Below are positions 8,062-19,358 of a stretch of DNA of 64,000 bases, in pieces. The position numbers and the translations under genes are program-made. The stretch spans positions 23,074 to 87,073 of the IMG/VR virus record IMGVR_UViG_3300020577_006545; one strand, 5' to 3'. Source of the DNA: a virus. Its lineage: Duplodnaviria > Caudoviricetes. The stretch's first letter is position 1, and each line of letters begins with the position of its first letter. The notes beneath the pieces were generated by a model, which did not search any database, was not told the DNA's origin, and was given only the letters and a program-made list of their open reading frames with translations.

Positions 8062-9119
8062 TTAAACTATATAAAACAAATGTAAATGGATCAACCCAAA
8101 TGTGGGAGGCTTTCTGTGAAGGAAATACTCTCACTGTTAGATGGGGGCAAGTAGATGGTAAAATTCAAGAGAAGGTTACTGTTTATAAAGAAGGGAAAAA
8201 TAAAAATCGTGCTAACGCCACGACGCCTGAGCAACAAGCTATCCTTGAAATGAATTCTACTGCTCAGAAAAAAAGAGATAAAGGATACAGTGAAAAGATT
8301 GGAGAGAGTTCAAGAAAAGTTCCTCTCCCAATGCTTGCTAAAGTTCTTGATGATAAAACTAAATTGACTAAAACAGTTTTTGTTCAACCTAAACTTGATG
8401 GCATTAGATGTCTTGCCGACCCAAAGACAGGAGAACTATTTACAAGAAACGGTAAGAAACTTGTTGGGCTTGAGCATATTGAAGAAGCAGTAAAATCATT
8501 GAAATCAAGAGTATGGTTGGATGGTGAACTTTACACTCATGGCATGACATTTCAAGAACTTGCGTCTGCCATCAAAAGAATTAAAACAGTATCAGAGAAA
8601 GCAAAAGATGTTAAGTATGTTTTATTTGATGCGATCAATGACGATAAATATCTTGATCGTCTTATGTATTTAAGAAGTATAGTAAATGGCGATTGTCTTG
8701 AAATAGTTGGTTGTAAAACAGTTAATGGAACAAGAGACGAAATAAACAAAGCTCATTCTGAATTTATTGAAGATGGATACGAAGGAACTATGGTTCGTCT
8801 TAACGATGAAACAGGATACGAAATAGCAAGAAGAAGTAAAACACTTCTAAAGAAAAAAGATTTTCTTGATGCTGAATTTACCGTTGTTGGAACAAAAGCG
8901 GAAGAGAACAGGGATGATATCCTTGGTTCTTTTATACTTGAAATGGAAGATGGTAAAACTTTTGATGGACGACCTGCTTGCACTATGGAAGAAAGAAAGA
9001 ATATGTGGAAAAATAGAAAAGACTATATAGGGCAGAGAATGACTGTGAAATTTCAGCAATTTTCAGATGATGGAATTCCCCGTTTCCCTGTGGTGATGGG
9101 TATTAGAGAAGTAGATTAG
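8058..9119 (+). CDS. ATP-dependent DNA ligase with N-terminal WGR-like domain
   Basis: QPKLDGIRC (KxDG), LDGELY, EGTMVR, LLKKK, PRFP; N-terminal TVRWGQV. Confidence 0.92.
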   Translation: MIKLYKTNVNGSTQMWEAFCEGNTLTVRWGQVDGKIQEKVTVYKEGKNKNRANATTPEQQAILEMNSTAQKKRDKGYSEKIGESSRKVPLPMLAKVLDDKTKLTKTVFVQPKLDGIRCLADPKTGELFTRNGKKLVGLEHIEEAVKSLKSRVWLDGELYTHGMTFQELASAIKRIKTVSEKAKDVKYVLFDAINDDKYLDRLMYLRSIVNGDCLEIVGCKTVNGTRDEINKAHSEFIEDGYEGTMVRLNDETGYEIARRSKTLLKKKDFLDAEFTVVGTKAEENRDDILGSFILEMEDGKTFDGRPACTMEERKNMWKNRKDYIGQRMTVKFQQFSDDGIPRFPVVMGIREVD

Positions 9120-9163
9120 TGAAAAAATGACAGTATACTAAGATTTCCATATAAGATAATATC

Positions 9164-10102
9164 ATGTATGTTTATGCACTTATGAATATAATAAACGGTA
9201 AATTATATGTTGGTAAGACTACTAATATTGTAGCAAGGTTAAGAGTGCATAAACATAATGGTAAAAACAAGTCTAAACATAAATTAAATATTTATTTATA
9301 TAACGCAATTCATAAATATGGGTGGGAAAATTTTAATTTTTGTATCCTTTCCGAATGTAAATCTGATAATGAATTATCTAAAAAAGAATTATTTTGGATT
9401 GATTATTTCTCATCATCCGATAGGAGTTTTGGATATAATATAGTCAAAAGCGATAGTGGGTTTTACAGACACTCTGCTGAAACAAAAAATAAAATAAGTA
9501 AAATAAACAAAGGTAGAAAACGTACAAAAGAACAATGTGATAAAAACAAATTATTGCAAAAAAATATATGGGATAATCTTTCTTCTTCAGAAAAAATGGA
9601 AAGGCAAATTAAGGCGTATGCTGGTAAAAAAATAAAAGTTAGAAAATTTTATATAAAAAAAATACATAGGATAAGACAATTTTTAAAACTTTTAAGTAAA
9701 GACGAAATCAAAATGATAGGCGGTGTTAAAAGAATAATTGCGTGGAGAAATGGAAATAAAAATCCATTTAGTAAAAATGAAGTATCACTTTTAATATCAA
9801 AATTAAAAAAAGGTAAACCATTGAAAATAAATACAAAAGAAAAAATAAGAAAGAAAATACTTGGCTCAAAAAGACCAAAACAAATGGTTCAAGTCTTAGA
9901 GTACGATAAAAATATGAATGTTATTAACAGTTATAGTTCTATAACAGAAGCAAGTCTTATGACTGGATGTTCCTCTTCAAAAATATGTGATGTGTGCAAA
10001 GGGAATAGAAAATCAACTAAGGGGAAAATATTTGGCTATGGAGATGGAGATGGAAAACCACGCTTTCCAGTAGTTCTTGGTATAAGGGAGATTGACAAAT
10101 GA
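9164..10102 (+). mobile_element. free-standing GIY-YIG homing endonuclease (NUMOD3/NUMOD1-like), fused to a relic ligase C-terminus
   Basis: YVY...LYVGKT, RLRVH, KELFWI; HSAETKNKISK; ends GDGKPRFPVVLGIREIDK. Confidence 0.88.
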
Positions 10103-10850
10103 AAGAAAAGTTTGACAAAAATAGTGGCAATGGTATTATGTTCGTTGCCTTTGGTTTTGTATTATTAGTTTCAGCTTTGTTAATTTTGTTAAAAATGAAT
10201 TAAAGTTACCAGTGTGTTCTGGAACTTATTTGAAGCAATACTCATAATATTCGCTGTTTGCTTTACATCTTATGAATTTGAGATGTTTCAACAGGCTTCA
10301 GTTAATATTATGGTATTGCTTTCTGTGTTTATATTCACATTTCCTGTAGTTCTGTTTTTTTATTTGGTTTATAGATTTTTGGTTAGAAAAATAAAAAGTT
10401 ATTAATAACAAAAGAGATGGAAGCGTTTATTTTATATATTATTATAGTAATGCACGGGTCAATTACAATTAATACTGAAAAGTATGATACATACGAAACT
10501 TGTGCAACCGCTAAAAAGTTTGCCGGTCAATTATTACGCGATATTGCTAAAAAAGAAGGCGAAAACAACGAAGTTTACACATTCTGCACAAAGAAATGAA
10601 ACCGTATCCAAAAACAAAATGGGAACATATAGTGTTTACATTTACTGACCACGATAGTTTTATTGGGTTTGTAAAAATTGCTGTATTAACATTACCGTTA
10701 TTAGGATCATTATATTTATTGTATTTTTTACTTGCTGTGTGGAAATTTTAATTAAAATTGAATAATCTGGCACGGTTATTGCCTTACCAATCTCAAAAAA
10801 AGTTAAAAAGTGACTTTACTTAGTTTATAATACGAAAGATAATAAATAGT

Positions 10851-11045
10851 ATGGAAAAGACTTTAAAAGTTTATGGATTTTGCCGTGAAAAATGCTGTCC
10901 TGTTGTTGTGGATAATGGAACAGAAATCGTTATTGGCGAAGAAAAAACTGAAAACGGGCTTGGTGGATTTACTGCTATGAGCAGACAACAATTTAAAGAC
11001 TTTGTTGACGCCGCTAAAGCCGGTAAGTTTGATGAGGTATTGTAA
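10851..11045 (+). CDS. small protein, weak DUF397-like pattern
   Basis: CCPVV...IVIGEEK...F..FVDAAKAGKFD. Confidence 0.4.
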   Translation: MEKTLKVYGFCREKCCPVVVDNGTEIVIGEEKTENGLGGFTAMSRQQFKDFVDAAKAGKFDEVL

Positions 11046-11112
11046 TAGTACTACAACATCTTGAACTAGCGTTAATTTCAGCGTTTGCAACTTTTATTTT
11101 TGTGAGGGGTTT

Positions 11113-11934
11113 ATGAACAAAAAGCCTTTCACAGAAAGAGAAAAAAAACAAATAATTGATTGGTATGTTAAAGACAATTTATCAATTAATAAAATAGTTG
11201 AAAAAACAAATATTTGGAAACCAAGAATAACTTCTTTATTAAAAGAGAATAATATTTTTATAAATTATGATAGAAAAAATCATAAATATAAATATAACGA
11301 AAATTTTTTTTCCAATATAGACACACAAGACAAGGCATATATTTTAGGTTTGTTATTTGCTGATGGATGTGTTCATTCAAAAAGAAACGCTGTTTCTTTA
11401 GGTCTTCAAGAAGTAGATAAAAATATTTTGGAACAAATTACTAAATGTTTAGTAGTTGGCAACAAAAATTTGAGGTTTACAAATAACACTATAAAAAATC
11501 ATAAAAATGTTGTTAGTAGAAAAAATACTTACATATTTGAAATAAATAATGAGAAAATAAAAGATGATTTAATTAGATTAGGATGCACACCAAAAAAAAG
11601 TTTTACATTGAAATTCCCAAACATTGATAAAAAATTACAAAATCATTTTATAAGAGGATATTTTGATGGTGATGGGTGTATGTGGGTTAGTAAAAAAAAT
11701 AAAATAGATTGTGTTTTTAGTATTTTAGGTACTTTTGAGTTTTTAGAAACTATCCAAAATATTTTATATACAGAATGCGGGTTAAATAAAACTAAAATAC
11801 AAAAACAAAGCAGTATTTTTAGATTACAATATGGAAGAAAAAAATCTTGTGATAAATTTAAAGATTATATTTATCAAGATGCTAATATGTTCTTAAAAAG
11901 AAAATATGATAAGTTTTTGGAGATTTCGGGATGA
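11113..11934 (+). mobile_element. free-standing LAGLIDADG homing endonuclease
   Basis: ILGLLFADGC and FIRGYFDGDG motifs. Confidence 0.88.
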
Positions 11935-12209
11935 GTATTTTTGATTTAAAATCATTAGAGATATTAGTTGTAACAGCGTGTGCAACTTTCATAGTCGTGT
12001 TCAGCAGACTATTCAAGCCTTTAAGAGAAAGAATTGAGTTTTTTAGATGTTCGCTTTGTGTAGCATTTTGGGTAGGCATTATATTTGCCGCGACAGACCT
12101 GATCTACTATAAATCGCCCTTTGACATACTTTATGTATTCAAAATGGGCATCGCCTCATCAGTTCTTTCTTTTTTAACTTACAATTTACTACACAAACTG
12201 GAGCGTTAA
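11931..12209 (+). CDS. small membrane protein with CxxC (DUF1360-like)
   Basis: Hydrophobic helices; FRCSLCVAFWVG. Confidence 0.55.
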   Translation: MSIFDLKSLEILVVTACATFIVVFSRLFKPLRERIEFFRCSLCVAFWVGIIFAATDLIYYKSPFDILYVFKMGIASSVLSFLTYNLLHKLER

Positions 12210-12264
12210 GAGCAGAATTAAATTCTGTACCCTTATCATATCTATTTGTTGGGAGGAAACGAAA

Positions 12265-13068
12265 ATGACAAAGACAATGAAGAAAGTAAAAAAACTAAAT
12301 CTTGGAAGGATATTTACAATCCCTTTTCTATTTATAGGACTTACATTTATGTATGCAAACCTATTTAGCCAGGATTTACAATTAAAAAATTATATTGCAG
12401 ATGTTAAAAACGATAAAACATCTATTGCATTTCCAAAAATAAGAGAAAGTATCACAAGAGATTGGGACAATGCCATAAGAAATGGTAGCGTTTCATCGTT
12501 GTCATATTCTGATGGAAATGTTAGTGAAGCAGAAGTTCGTGACGATTTAATTAGAACAATCAATTATCATGGTAATATGAATGCATGGAAATTATCAGAT
12601 ATTAAAGCAGTTACGCAGGCTTTACAATTTGGACATAACCATAAAGATTTTAGAATAAATTATAAGGTTGCATTGGCAATTATGTCTATTGAAAGTGAGA
12701 TGAACCCGTATGCAACAGGACACAACACAAATGGTACAACTGATTATGGTTTAGGGCAACATAATTCATGTTGCATTCTTACAAGGTATGCTCAAGCAGT
12801 AAGACTTGAAAGAGAATATAAAATCTCAACTGTTAGAAGTGCAACTATGGATAGATATGATCCATTAACAAACGCAATTTCTACGTTACTTTATTTAAGA
12901 GATAACCGAACTGCTTTTGAACAAGTCGCAAAAACAAATAAAAAATTCATTCCATTGAAAACTGTGGTTGTAGCATACAATAGAGGATTTAATGGTGCGT
13001 TGTATGTTGGTAATGAGCAGGTAAAATATTTTGACAAATTTATGGTCGTTTACTCAAGATTGAACTAA
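12265..13068 (+). CDS. lytic transglycosylase (SLT-like) with N-terminal TM anchor
   Basis: IMSIES (catalytic Glu), DYGLGQHN, AYNRG. Confidence 0.8.
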   Translation: MTKTMKKVKKLNLGRIFTIPFLFIGLTFMYANLFSQDLQLKNYIADVKNDKTSIAFPKIRESITRDWDNAIRNGSVSSLSYSDGNVSEAEVRDDLIRTINYHGNMNAWKLSDIKAVTQALQFGHNHKDFRINYKVALAIMSIESEMNPYATGHNTNGTTDYGLGQHNSCCILTRYAQAVRLEREYKISTVRSATMDRYDPLTNAISTLLYLRDNRTAFEQVAKTNKKFIPLKTVVVAYNRGFNGALYVGNEQVKYFDKFMVVYSRLN

Positions 13069-13151
13069 CAAAATTTTACTTTCCTTGCTTGATTTTTCCT
13101 CAATCAAATTATACAATATGATTGTAAGGTAAAATCAAGCAAAGGAGAGAG

Positions 13152-14480
13152 ATGAGTAATATTCAAAATGGACAAGTAGCTTTTGTTGTAGGGGATGGAT
13201 ACTTCGGTCTGTCAAACCCAGCGGCAATAAATAACAATCCTGCATTAGCAGTTGATAGCGGTCTAACAAAGATCGCAAAAAATATGAAACGAATACTTGA
13301 GAAGATGGGTTTCTCAAGAGTTGTGTATGTGTCAGTATCTGGACACCCACACGCTCCACTTGAAGGGATCGCTTATCACATTGGTAATCAACTAGGCAAC
13401 CCAAACCATCAAGACCCATTTGAAAGATTAAATCCAGTTGAAAAATTTGACAGACTTGTAGAACAATTCAGGCCGACACTAGTTGTATCTGTTCACGATC
13501 TATGGATGCTATTCACACCGTTCTTATCAGCATATAGAGAAAACTTTACGTGGGTTCAATATGATCCAGTAGAAGCAGATTATTATCCACAAACAGTAGT
13601 ATATTCTCTTCCAACTAACCCAGCAATACAACCAATTCCAATCGCAGACGTTTTGAAAAACGCAAACTATGTAATTGCATATAATACATTTGGCGCACAG
13701 GGATTAAAAGCGATGGGGAGAGAACCAAATAAATGTATTCATAATGGTTTAAATCCAAGAGAAATTTATGAAATAGAAAATAGACAGGTTTGTCTTGATA
13801 GAAGACGAGCGATTGGCATTCAAGATGATTGGACTATGTTTTTTCACATGGGGAGAAACTCGGTTAGAAAGCGTCCAGATATTATGTTAGAAGCATGGTT
13901 TAAATTTACTCAATTAGTTGAAAAAACTGGTAAACCACTTAAAGCAAAATTCTATGTTCATACAGACAGATATTCATTTAATGGATTTGATATTCCATCA
14001 ATCATAAAAAGACTTGGTATTGAAAAATCAGTAGTTATGCCAAGTGAATTGAATTTCAGTTTAGATGATTTGAATATCTTCTATAATGCAAGCGATATCT
14101 ATGTGGGTCTTCCAGGTGGCGAAGGGCACGGTCTTGGTTTTAGTGAAGCGATGTATCTTGGTAAACCATTAGTGTATGGGTGTTATGGTGGTCATATAAC
14201 TTATTGCAAAGGCGCTGGTATTGAAATTCCAGCGATACAATTTTTAAGTGAACAGAATATTGATGCACCAAGAGCAGTAATCAGTTCTACTAAAGCGGCT
14301 CAGGCTATGTTTGATTTATACAGTTCACCCGAATTAAGAAAACAATATGGAGATGTTGGCAGAGAAATTGCTAAGAAAGAATTAACATGGGATGTGTTGG
14401 ATAGCAAATTTGAAGAAGCGTTTAATGAAGCATTAAGTGGTGCAAGAAATTCTTCTATCTTTGCTAAGAAAGTTGTATGA
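13152..14480 (+). CDS. GT-B glycosyltransferase (GT4-like)
   Basis: GRNSVRKRPD, YNASDIYV, GEGHGLGFSEAM. Confidence 0.85.
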   Translation: MSNIQNGQVAFVVGDGYFGLSNPAAINNNPALAVDSGLTKIAKNMKRILEKMGFSRVVYVSVSGHPHAPLEGIAYHIGNQLGNPNHQDPFERLNPVEKFDRLVEQFRPTLVVSVHDLWMLFTPFLSAYRENFTWVQYDPVEADYYPQTVVYSLPTNPAIQPIPIADVLKNANYVIAYNTFGAQGLKAMGREPNKCIHNGLNPREIYEIENRQVCLDRRRAIGIQDDWTMFFHMGRNSVRKRPDIMLEAWFKFTQLVEKTGKPLKAKFYVHTDRYSFNGFDIPSIIKRLGIEKSVVMPSELNFSLDDLNIFYNASDIYVGLPGGEGHGLGFSEAMYLGKPLVYGCYGGHITYCKGAGIEIPAIQFLSEQNIDAPRAVISSTKAAQAMFDLYSSPELRKQYGDVGREIAKKELTWDVLDSKFEEAFNEALSGARNSSIFAKKVV

Positions 14481-14738
14481 AAGGTATTTTCAAATATCCC
14501 AAGAAATCAAGCGACGATAACGATAAGAAATGTAAAGATTTTCTAATGACGAATTATAATTGCAGTGATGATGATGCAAACAAGAGAACTGAGGCGATAA
14601 AAGAAATTTGTATTGACGTTATGAATAAATTGTTATTAACACAATTGAAGATTGAAACGAGAGCAGACTTAATAAATCTTGTTAAACAATACAACACAAT
14701 ATCTAATGCAAAGATTATAGAATATTTGGAGAGAGAAT

Positions 14739-14930
14739 TTGGCAAAGACTAAGAAATGTCCTGATTGTGATGGAAGAGGCGAGAAGTACATCGTTGGCTT
14801 TGGCTTAGTCAGTAGATTTGTTGATGAAGCTACTAAATGTGAGAAATGTAATGGGTCTGGTAAAGTATTATATAAAAATTCAATACTTGAATTTTGGAAG
14901 AGAATGAGAAATTTTGGGAGAAGTGAATGA
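14739..14930 (+). CDS. small DnaJ-type zinc-finger protein
   Basis: CPDCDGRG and CEKCNGSG. Confidence 0.5.
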   Translation: MAKTKKCPDCDGRGEKYIVGFGLVSRFVDEATKCEKCNGSGKVLYKNSILEFWKRMRNFGRSE

Positions 14931-15138
14931 TTGATAAAATATTTGAAGGGACACATATAGAAAAAATATTTGAAAAAATAGAACAGGATATAAATAGAAT
15001 AACATGCAATGTTACTGAACATGATTATGAAAAACCAGATTACATTAAAATGTTAGGAAGTGAACATTCAATTTATGGTAAAAAATGTAAGAGATGCAAT
15101 GCATTTGAATTTGTGGCAGACCCAAACAAGGAGACTAA

Positions 15139-16272
15139 ATGAAAAAAGTTTTATATATGGCAATTAAAGCGGATAACGGATACGGTATATCTGCTAAATC
15201 AATTTTGGATACTTTCTATAAAATGAAAGATGTTCAAGTTGACGTTCTTTATTTAAATGATCCGACATTCCGTAATCAGAAACTTGCAGATGAATATGAT
15301 ATAGCTGTTCATCATACAGCACCAAACAATTTAATTCAGGATTATCAAAATAATGGATACATCAAGATGGCTATGTCAAGAGCAAAAAAGAAATACCAAT
15401 ATATTCTTTGGGAAAGTGACAGACTTCCATCAGGATTAACGGAATTTTTTAAATCAGATGTTCTTGATGGTTTTATTTGTCCTTCGCATTTTACAGAAGG
15501 GTTGGTTAAAGGATTTGGAAAAGAAGTTCATTATATTCCGATCACACAGGACGATATAAATTATCATCCTGATAAAAGACCAAAGAATAGTCCTACATTT
15601 AATGTAGTAACAGTCGCACAACTATCTGTTAGAAAAGCGATAGATGTATCGGTTTGTGCTTTTGTAAATGCATTTAAAGACATTCCAGATAAAGTGAAGT
15701 ATTATATTAAGATTGGTGAGAAACTTGAGAACACTGACATCAATCAATTAATTAAAGGAAACATTGGGAGAAGTTTATTACCAAATAGAGGCAATATATA
15801 TGTCATTGATAGATTACTATCACAATCTGATTTAGAAAATCTATACCTCAATTCACATTGTTATCTTCATCTTTCTAGAGGCGAAGGATTTGGTATGACG
15901 CCGTTAACAGCGATCAATTACGGGCTTCCAGTTGTCTACAGTGATTGGTCTGCACATACAGAATTTTTAAGTAAAGACAAAAAGTCATTGCCAGTAGATG
16001 GTAGATTGGACTTTGCACATTCAATGGATGTTAGATTTGGATTTGAAGCAGGTATGAAATGGTATGAGTGTAATGTAAGCGATGCCGCTGATAAACTGAG
16101 GGCAATGTATGATAAATGGGCTGGTGGAAGATTAAAATTTAATGCTCCTGATGTAGTTAATGAATATAAAGAAGAGGCTGTAATCTCAAACATTGCTAAA
16201 TTAATCGGTATTGAAAAAGTAGAATTCAAAGCGATCCAAATGGTTGGTGGAATAAATATGGTGGAGGTTTAA
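15139..16272 (+). CDS. GT-B glycosyltransferase (GT4-like)
   Basis: LWESDRLP, RKAID, SRGEGFGMTPL. Confidence 0.85.
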   Translation: MKKVLYMAIKADNGYGISAKSILDTFYKMKDVQVDVLYLNDPTFRNQKLADEYDIAVHHTAPNNLIQDYQNNGYIKMAMSRAKKKYQYILWESDRLPSGLTEFFKSDVLDGFICPSHFTEGLVKGFGKEVHYIPITQDDINYHPDKRPKNSPTFNVVTVAQLSVRKAIDVSVCAFVNAFKDIPDKVKYYIKIGEKLENTDINQLIKGNIGRSLLPNRGNIYVIDRLLSQSDLENLYLNSHCYLHLSRGEGFGMTPLTAINYGLPVVYSDWSAHTEFLSKDKKSLPVDGRLDFAHSMDVRFGFEAGMKWYECNVSDAADKLRAMYDKWAGGRLKFNAPDVVNEYKEEAVISNIAKLIGIEKVEFKAIQMVGGINMVEV

Positions 16273-16962
16273 GATGACTATAAAAATAATAGACAAATGT
16301 AATGATTGTGGACATTATAGTAATGCTGAAAATTTTAGAATGATATTTGGTAATTTTTTAATCGGCAGAAGTAAATGTCCTAATTGTAAATCCAAAAATA
16401 TAGAACAAAATTGGTGTCCTCCAAAACCAAAAGCACCTCCGCCAGGCCAAGGAATTAAAAAAAATAAAAAAAAATAATGGAAAAACCAAAACCACCAATA
16501 GGTAAGGTTTTTTATGAAGGTGATGAGCCAAGAGTTTTAGCAAGATACATTTATGAAAATGAAATTCATATGTTTAGTACACTATGTCCAAAGTGTGGCT
16601 CTTCTTTAAAAAAGAAATTTTTATTTTTTCGTTCAAAACATTGCATACAATGGAGATGTAGTAACTATTATGGAAACCATCAAAGTAAATAAAAAGGTAT
16701 GGTTAGTGTTTGATAGATACCCACAATCACCAGAGTTAAGTGTTGTTTGCTTTACATCAAAAGTAAAAGCAAAGAAATGGATGGATGAAATGAATGGATT
16801 AGTTGATGATGATGAAAGAAATTTTTACAATTTAAAAGAAGATGAGATGCAATTTTATGGACCATTTCCATTTAAGTTAAAAGGCGAATAATTTTTAATA
16901 TCGCTTGCTTTATGGCGATGCTTATGATAAGATATATTATATTCTCATCAAACGCAAGTTGA

Positions 16963-17178
16963 ATGTCTGAAAGTAATTTCATAGATTATTATCGTATTCT
17001 TGAATTATTAGAAGATGAAGATAAGTTTGTTGATTTTCTTATAGAAAATCAAAAGCTACATCCGATAAGCGTTATCGTAATGAGTGCATTACGCCCACCC
17101 GATATAATTCCACTGAGTTTTTTCGTTGAACGACATAAACCGGAATTGTATGAGAAATATAAATTATTATTAACGTAA
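16963..17178 (+). CDS. YEKYKLL-family protein
   Basis: DEDKFVDFL ... KPELYEKYKLLLT; own promoter TTGCTT-17-TAAGAT at 16905-16933. Confidence 0.65.
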   Translation: MSESNFIDYYRILELLEDEDKFVDFLIENQKLHPISVIVMSALRPPDIIPLSFFVERHKPELYEKYKLLLT

Positions 17179-17358
17179 AATGATTAGTATTGTATTCACA
17201 ATTATATTGTTAAAAATTATTTTCTTTAGAGATTTGAACTATAAATGGTTTAATGGTGGTAATTGTCTTTGTGGCGGTAAATTTAAATTGCTTCATCAAA
17301 GTAAAATTAGAAAAGACTATCAATGTAATATTTGTAAAATGGTAGTAGTGAGGAACTT

Positions 17359-18495
17359 TTGAAAATTAGAATTATTGGCAACTATAGAAAAATTCCAGAT
17401 GGATACGGGACGATGTGCCTTGAATACATTAGGGCATTGATAGAAAACGACTTTAAGGATTTTACGTTGCATCAGGCATTTACAGGAAATTGGCCAGAAG
17501 CAGAAAAAGATATACAACAATACGAAAATAAAAATTTAGATTATGATGTTAATTTGATAATGTTGACTGCCGATAATGTCAACGTATTTTGTGAACCAAA
17601 TAAAAAAAATATTTTATTTACTATGTGGGAGACTGATCGCATACCGTCTCACTGGACAGAATTATGTAATAGATGTGATGCGGTTGTAGTTCCGTCAACA
17701 TTCTGTCAGGATGTGTTTAAAAAATCTGGTGTCACAGTCCCAGTTCATATCCTTCCAATTCCAACTGATGTACATAAATTTGAAAAAGTGCAGGTAAATC
17801 CAGACCTTGTTGAAATGACAGAGGGTAAACTAATCTTTTATTCAATTTTTCAATGGGGTGAGAGGAAAAATCCAAAAGCATTATTGAATTCTTATTATTC
17901 ATCTTTTGGTAGTAAAGATGATGTTCTTCTTATAATAAAAACACATATTAATGGAACTGATAACGAGCATCTTGAAGTAGAAAACAAGGTTAAATCAATT
18001 AGAAATAACATAAAAAGAAATGGTAGTGATTATCCTAAAGTAATGTTGATTTCAAATAATCTAAACGAAGATCAAATAGCACAAATGCATAAGGTTGGAA
18101 ATATATATCTTTCATCAACAAGAGGTGAAGGATGGAATTTGCCGGCGTTTGATGCAGCTCTTGCAGGTAATCATATAATAGCAACTGCTTTTAGTTCTCA
18201 TATGGATTTTATAGATACTTATAATCATTTTAAATATCAAATATATAATAGAGTTCCATTCCAATTAGAACACTGTCATAATGCTGGTCAACTATATACA
18301 GCAAATCAAAAATGGGCAAGTGTAAACATACATGAATTTTCAAACAGAATGAAAATGGCGTATGAAGATTGGAAACAAAATGGCAAATTAACCCTTCAAA
18401 ATAGAAGAGATGAATACTCAAATTACCTAAAAACTCGTTACTCACGAAAGGAAATAGGACAAAAATTACTTGCAATTATTAAAGAAATAGCATAG
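17359..18495 (+). CDS. GT-B glycosyltransferase (GT4-like)
   Basis: MWETDRIP, FQWGERKNP, TRGEGWNLPAFDA. Confidence 0.85.
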   Translation: MKIRIIGNYRKIPDGYGTMCLEYIRALIENDFKDFTLHQAFTGNWPEAEKDIQQYENKNLDYDVNLIMLTADNVNVFCEPNKKNILFTMWETDRIPSHWTELCNRCDAVVVPSTFCQDVFKKSGVTVPVHILPIPTDVHKFEKVQVNPDLVEMTEGKLIFYSIFQWGERKNPKALLNSYYSSFGSKDDVLLIIKTHINGTDNEHLEVENKVKSIRNNIKRNGSDYPKVMLISNNLNEDQIAQMHKVGNIYLSSTRGEGWNLPAFDAALAGNHIIATAFSSHMDFIDTYNHFKYQIYNRVPFQLEHCHNAGQLYTANQKWASVNIHEFSNRMKMAYEDWKQNGKLTLQNRRDEYSNYLKTRYSRKEIGQKLLAIIKEIA

Positions 18496-18505
18496 AATAT
18501 ACTTT

Positions 18506-19123
18506 ATGTTATACCGTGTAAACCTTGAATTTAAACCCACCAAAATTCAATTACTTTCTGGTGTAGTTAGTTTTAACACTAATTGGATTTTAGACAGACA
18601 AAAATTTATTGATTGGATTTATAAAGAACCAATTCTGGTTGATCCGATGAAGCCTAATTCATCTTATCAACATGATATTAGGCAAAAAATGAGGGACGCT
18701 GGCAGTAACGGGTACAGCCACAGCGGAATGTTTAAAGTAGATAGTATAGAAATCTCATCAAATATTGATGAGAAAGAACTGACTGCTGACAAATTGAAAA
18801 ATTTACAAGGTGAGTATGTTGAAATAGCGTGTAAATTAAATTCTAAGTGTGAAAAGGTGTATGTATCGTTTTTAATTAATGTTGATTTATATGAAGGTAT
18901 TCACCGTCTTTTTAGAAGTTTGTTTGTTATCCCTAATGATTGGCTGATTGAAGAAAAAGGTTTCCCTTTAAATGAATATTCTTTAAGAGAAGAATGTTAT
19001 CAAGAACTTATTGCGAAAGAAGTTAATTTGGTTGCGTATGGTTATGCAATCACACAAAAGGATACATTTTTGCAAATAATGAATCCATCGCTTTATGAAA
19101 AATATGCGTTATTGAGAAATTGA
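18506..19123 (+). CDS. YEKYKLL-family protein (long)
   Basis: Ends NPSLYEKYALLRN; leaderless promoter TTGCAA-17-TAGAAT at 18470-18498. Confidence 0.65.
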   Translation: MLYRVNLEFKPTKIQLLSGVVSFNTNWILDRQKFIDWIYKEPILVDPMKPNSSYQHDIRQKMRDAGSNGYSHSGMFKVDSIEISSNIDEKELTADKLKNLQGEYVEIACKLNSKCEKVYVSFLINVDLYEGIHRLFRSLFVIPNDWLIEEKGFPLNEYSLREECYQELIAKEVNLVAYGYAITQKDTFLQIMNPSLYEKYALLRN

Positions 19124-19124
19124 T

Positions 19125-19358
19125 ATGAACAAATATGTAAAAGAAACTATAGAATTGATTAAATCACTTGAAGAAGAAGAGATACTTGAAATTCTTCTCT
19201 CTGAAAAGAGAGACAATCCTGTTGAACTAATGCCATTTATCAACAGGGACAAAGTTACTTTAGGGATTATTGTTCATAAGTTTCGTCCAGAAGTTGTAGA
19301 GAAATATAAGTTACTAATAGATGAGAAAGAAGATGAAGAACAATACTACGACGATTGA
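19125..19358 (+). CDS. YEKYKLL-family protein
   Basis: LEEEEILEIL ... RPEVVEKYKLLID. Confidence 0.65.
   Translation: MNKYVKETIELIKSLEEEEILEILLSEKRDNPVELMPFINRDKVTLGIIVHKFRPEVVEKYKLLIDEKEDEEQYYDD

Noticed and set aside
9119-9164. Group I intron around the GIY-YIG gene
   Set aside because: The ligase has an intact end and stop before the element, and the 44-nt gap leaves no room for an intron core.
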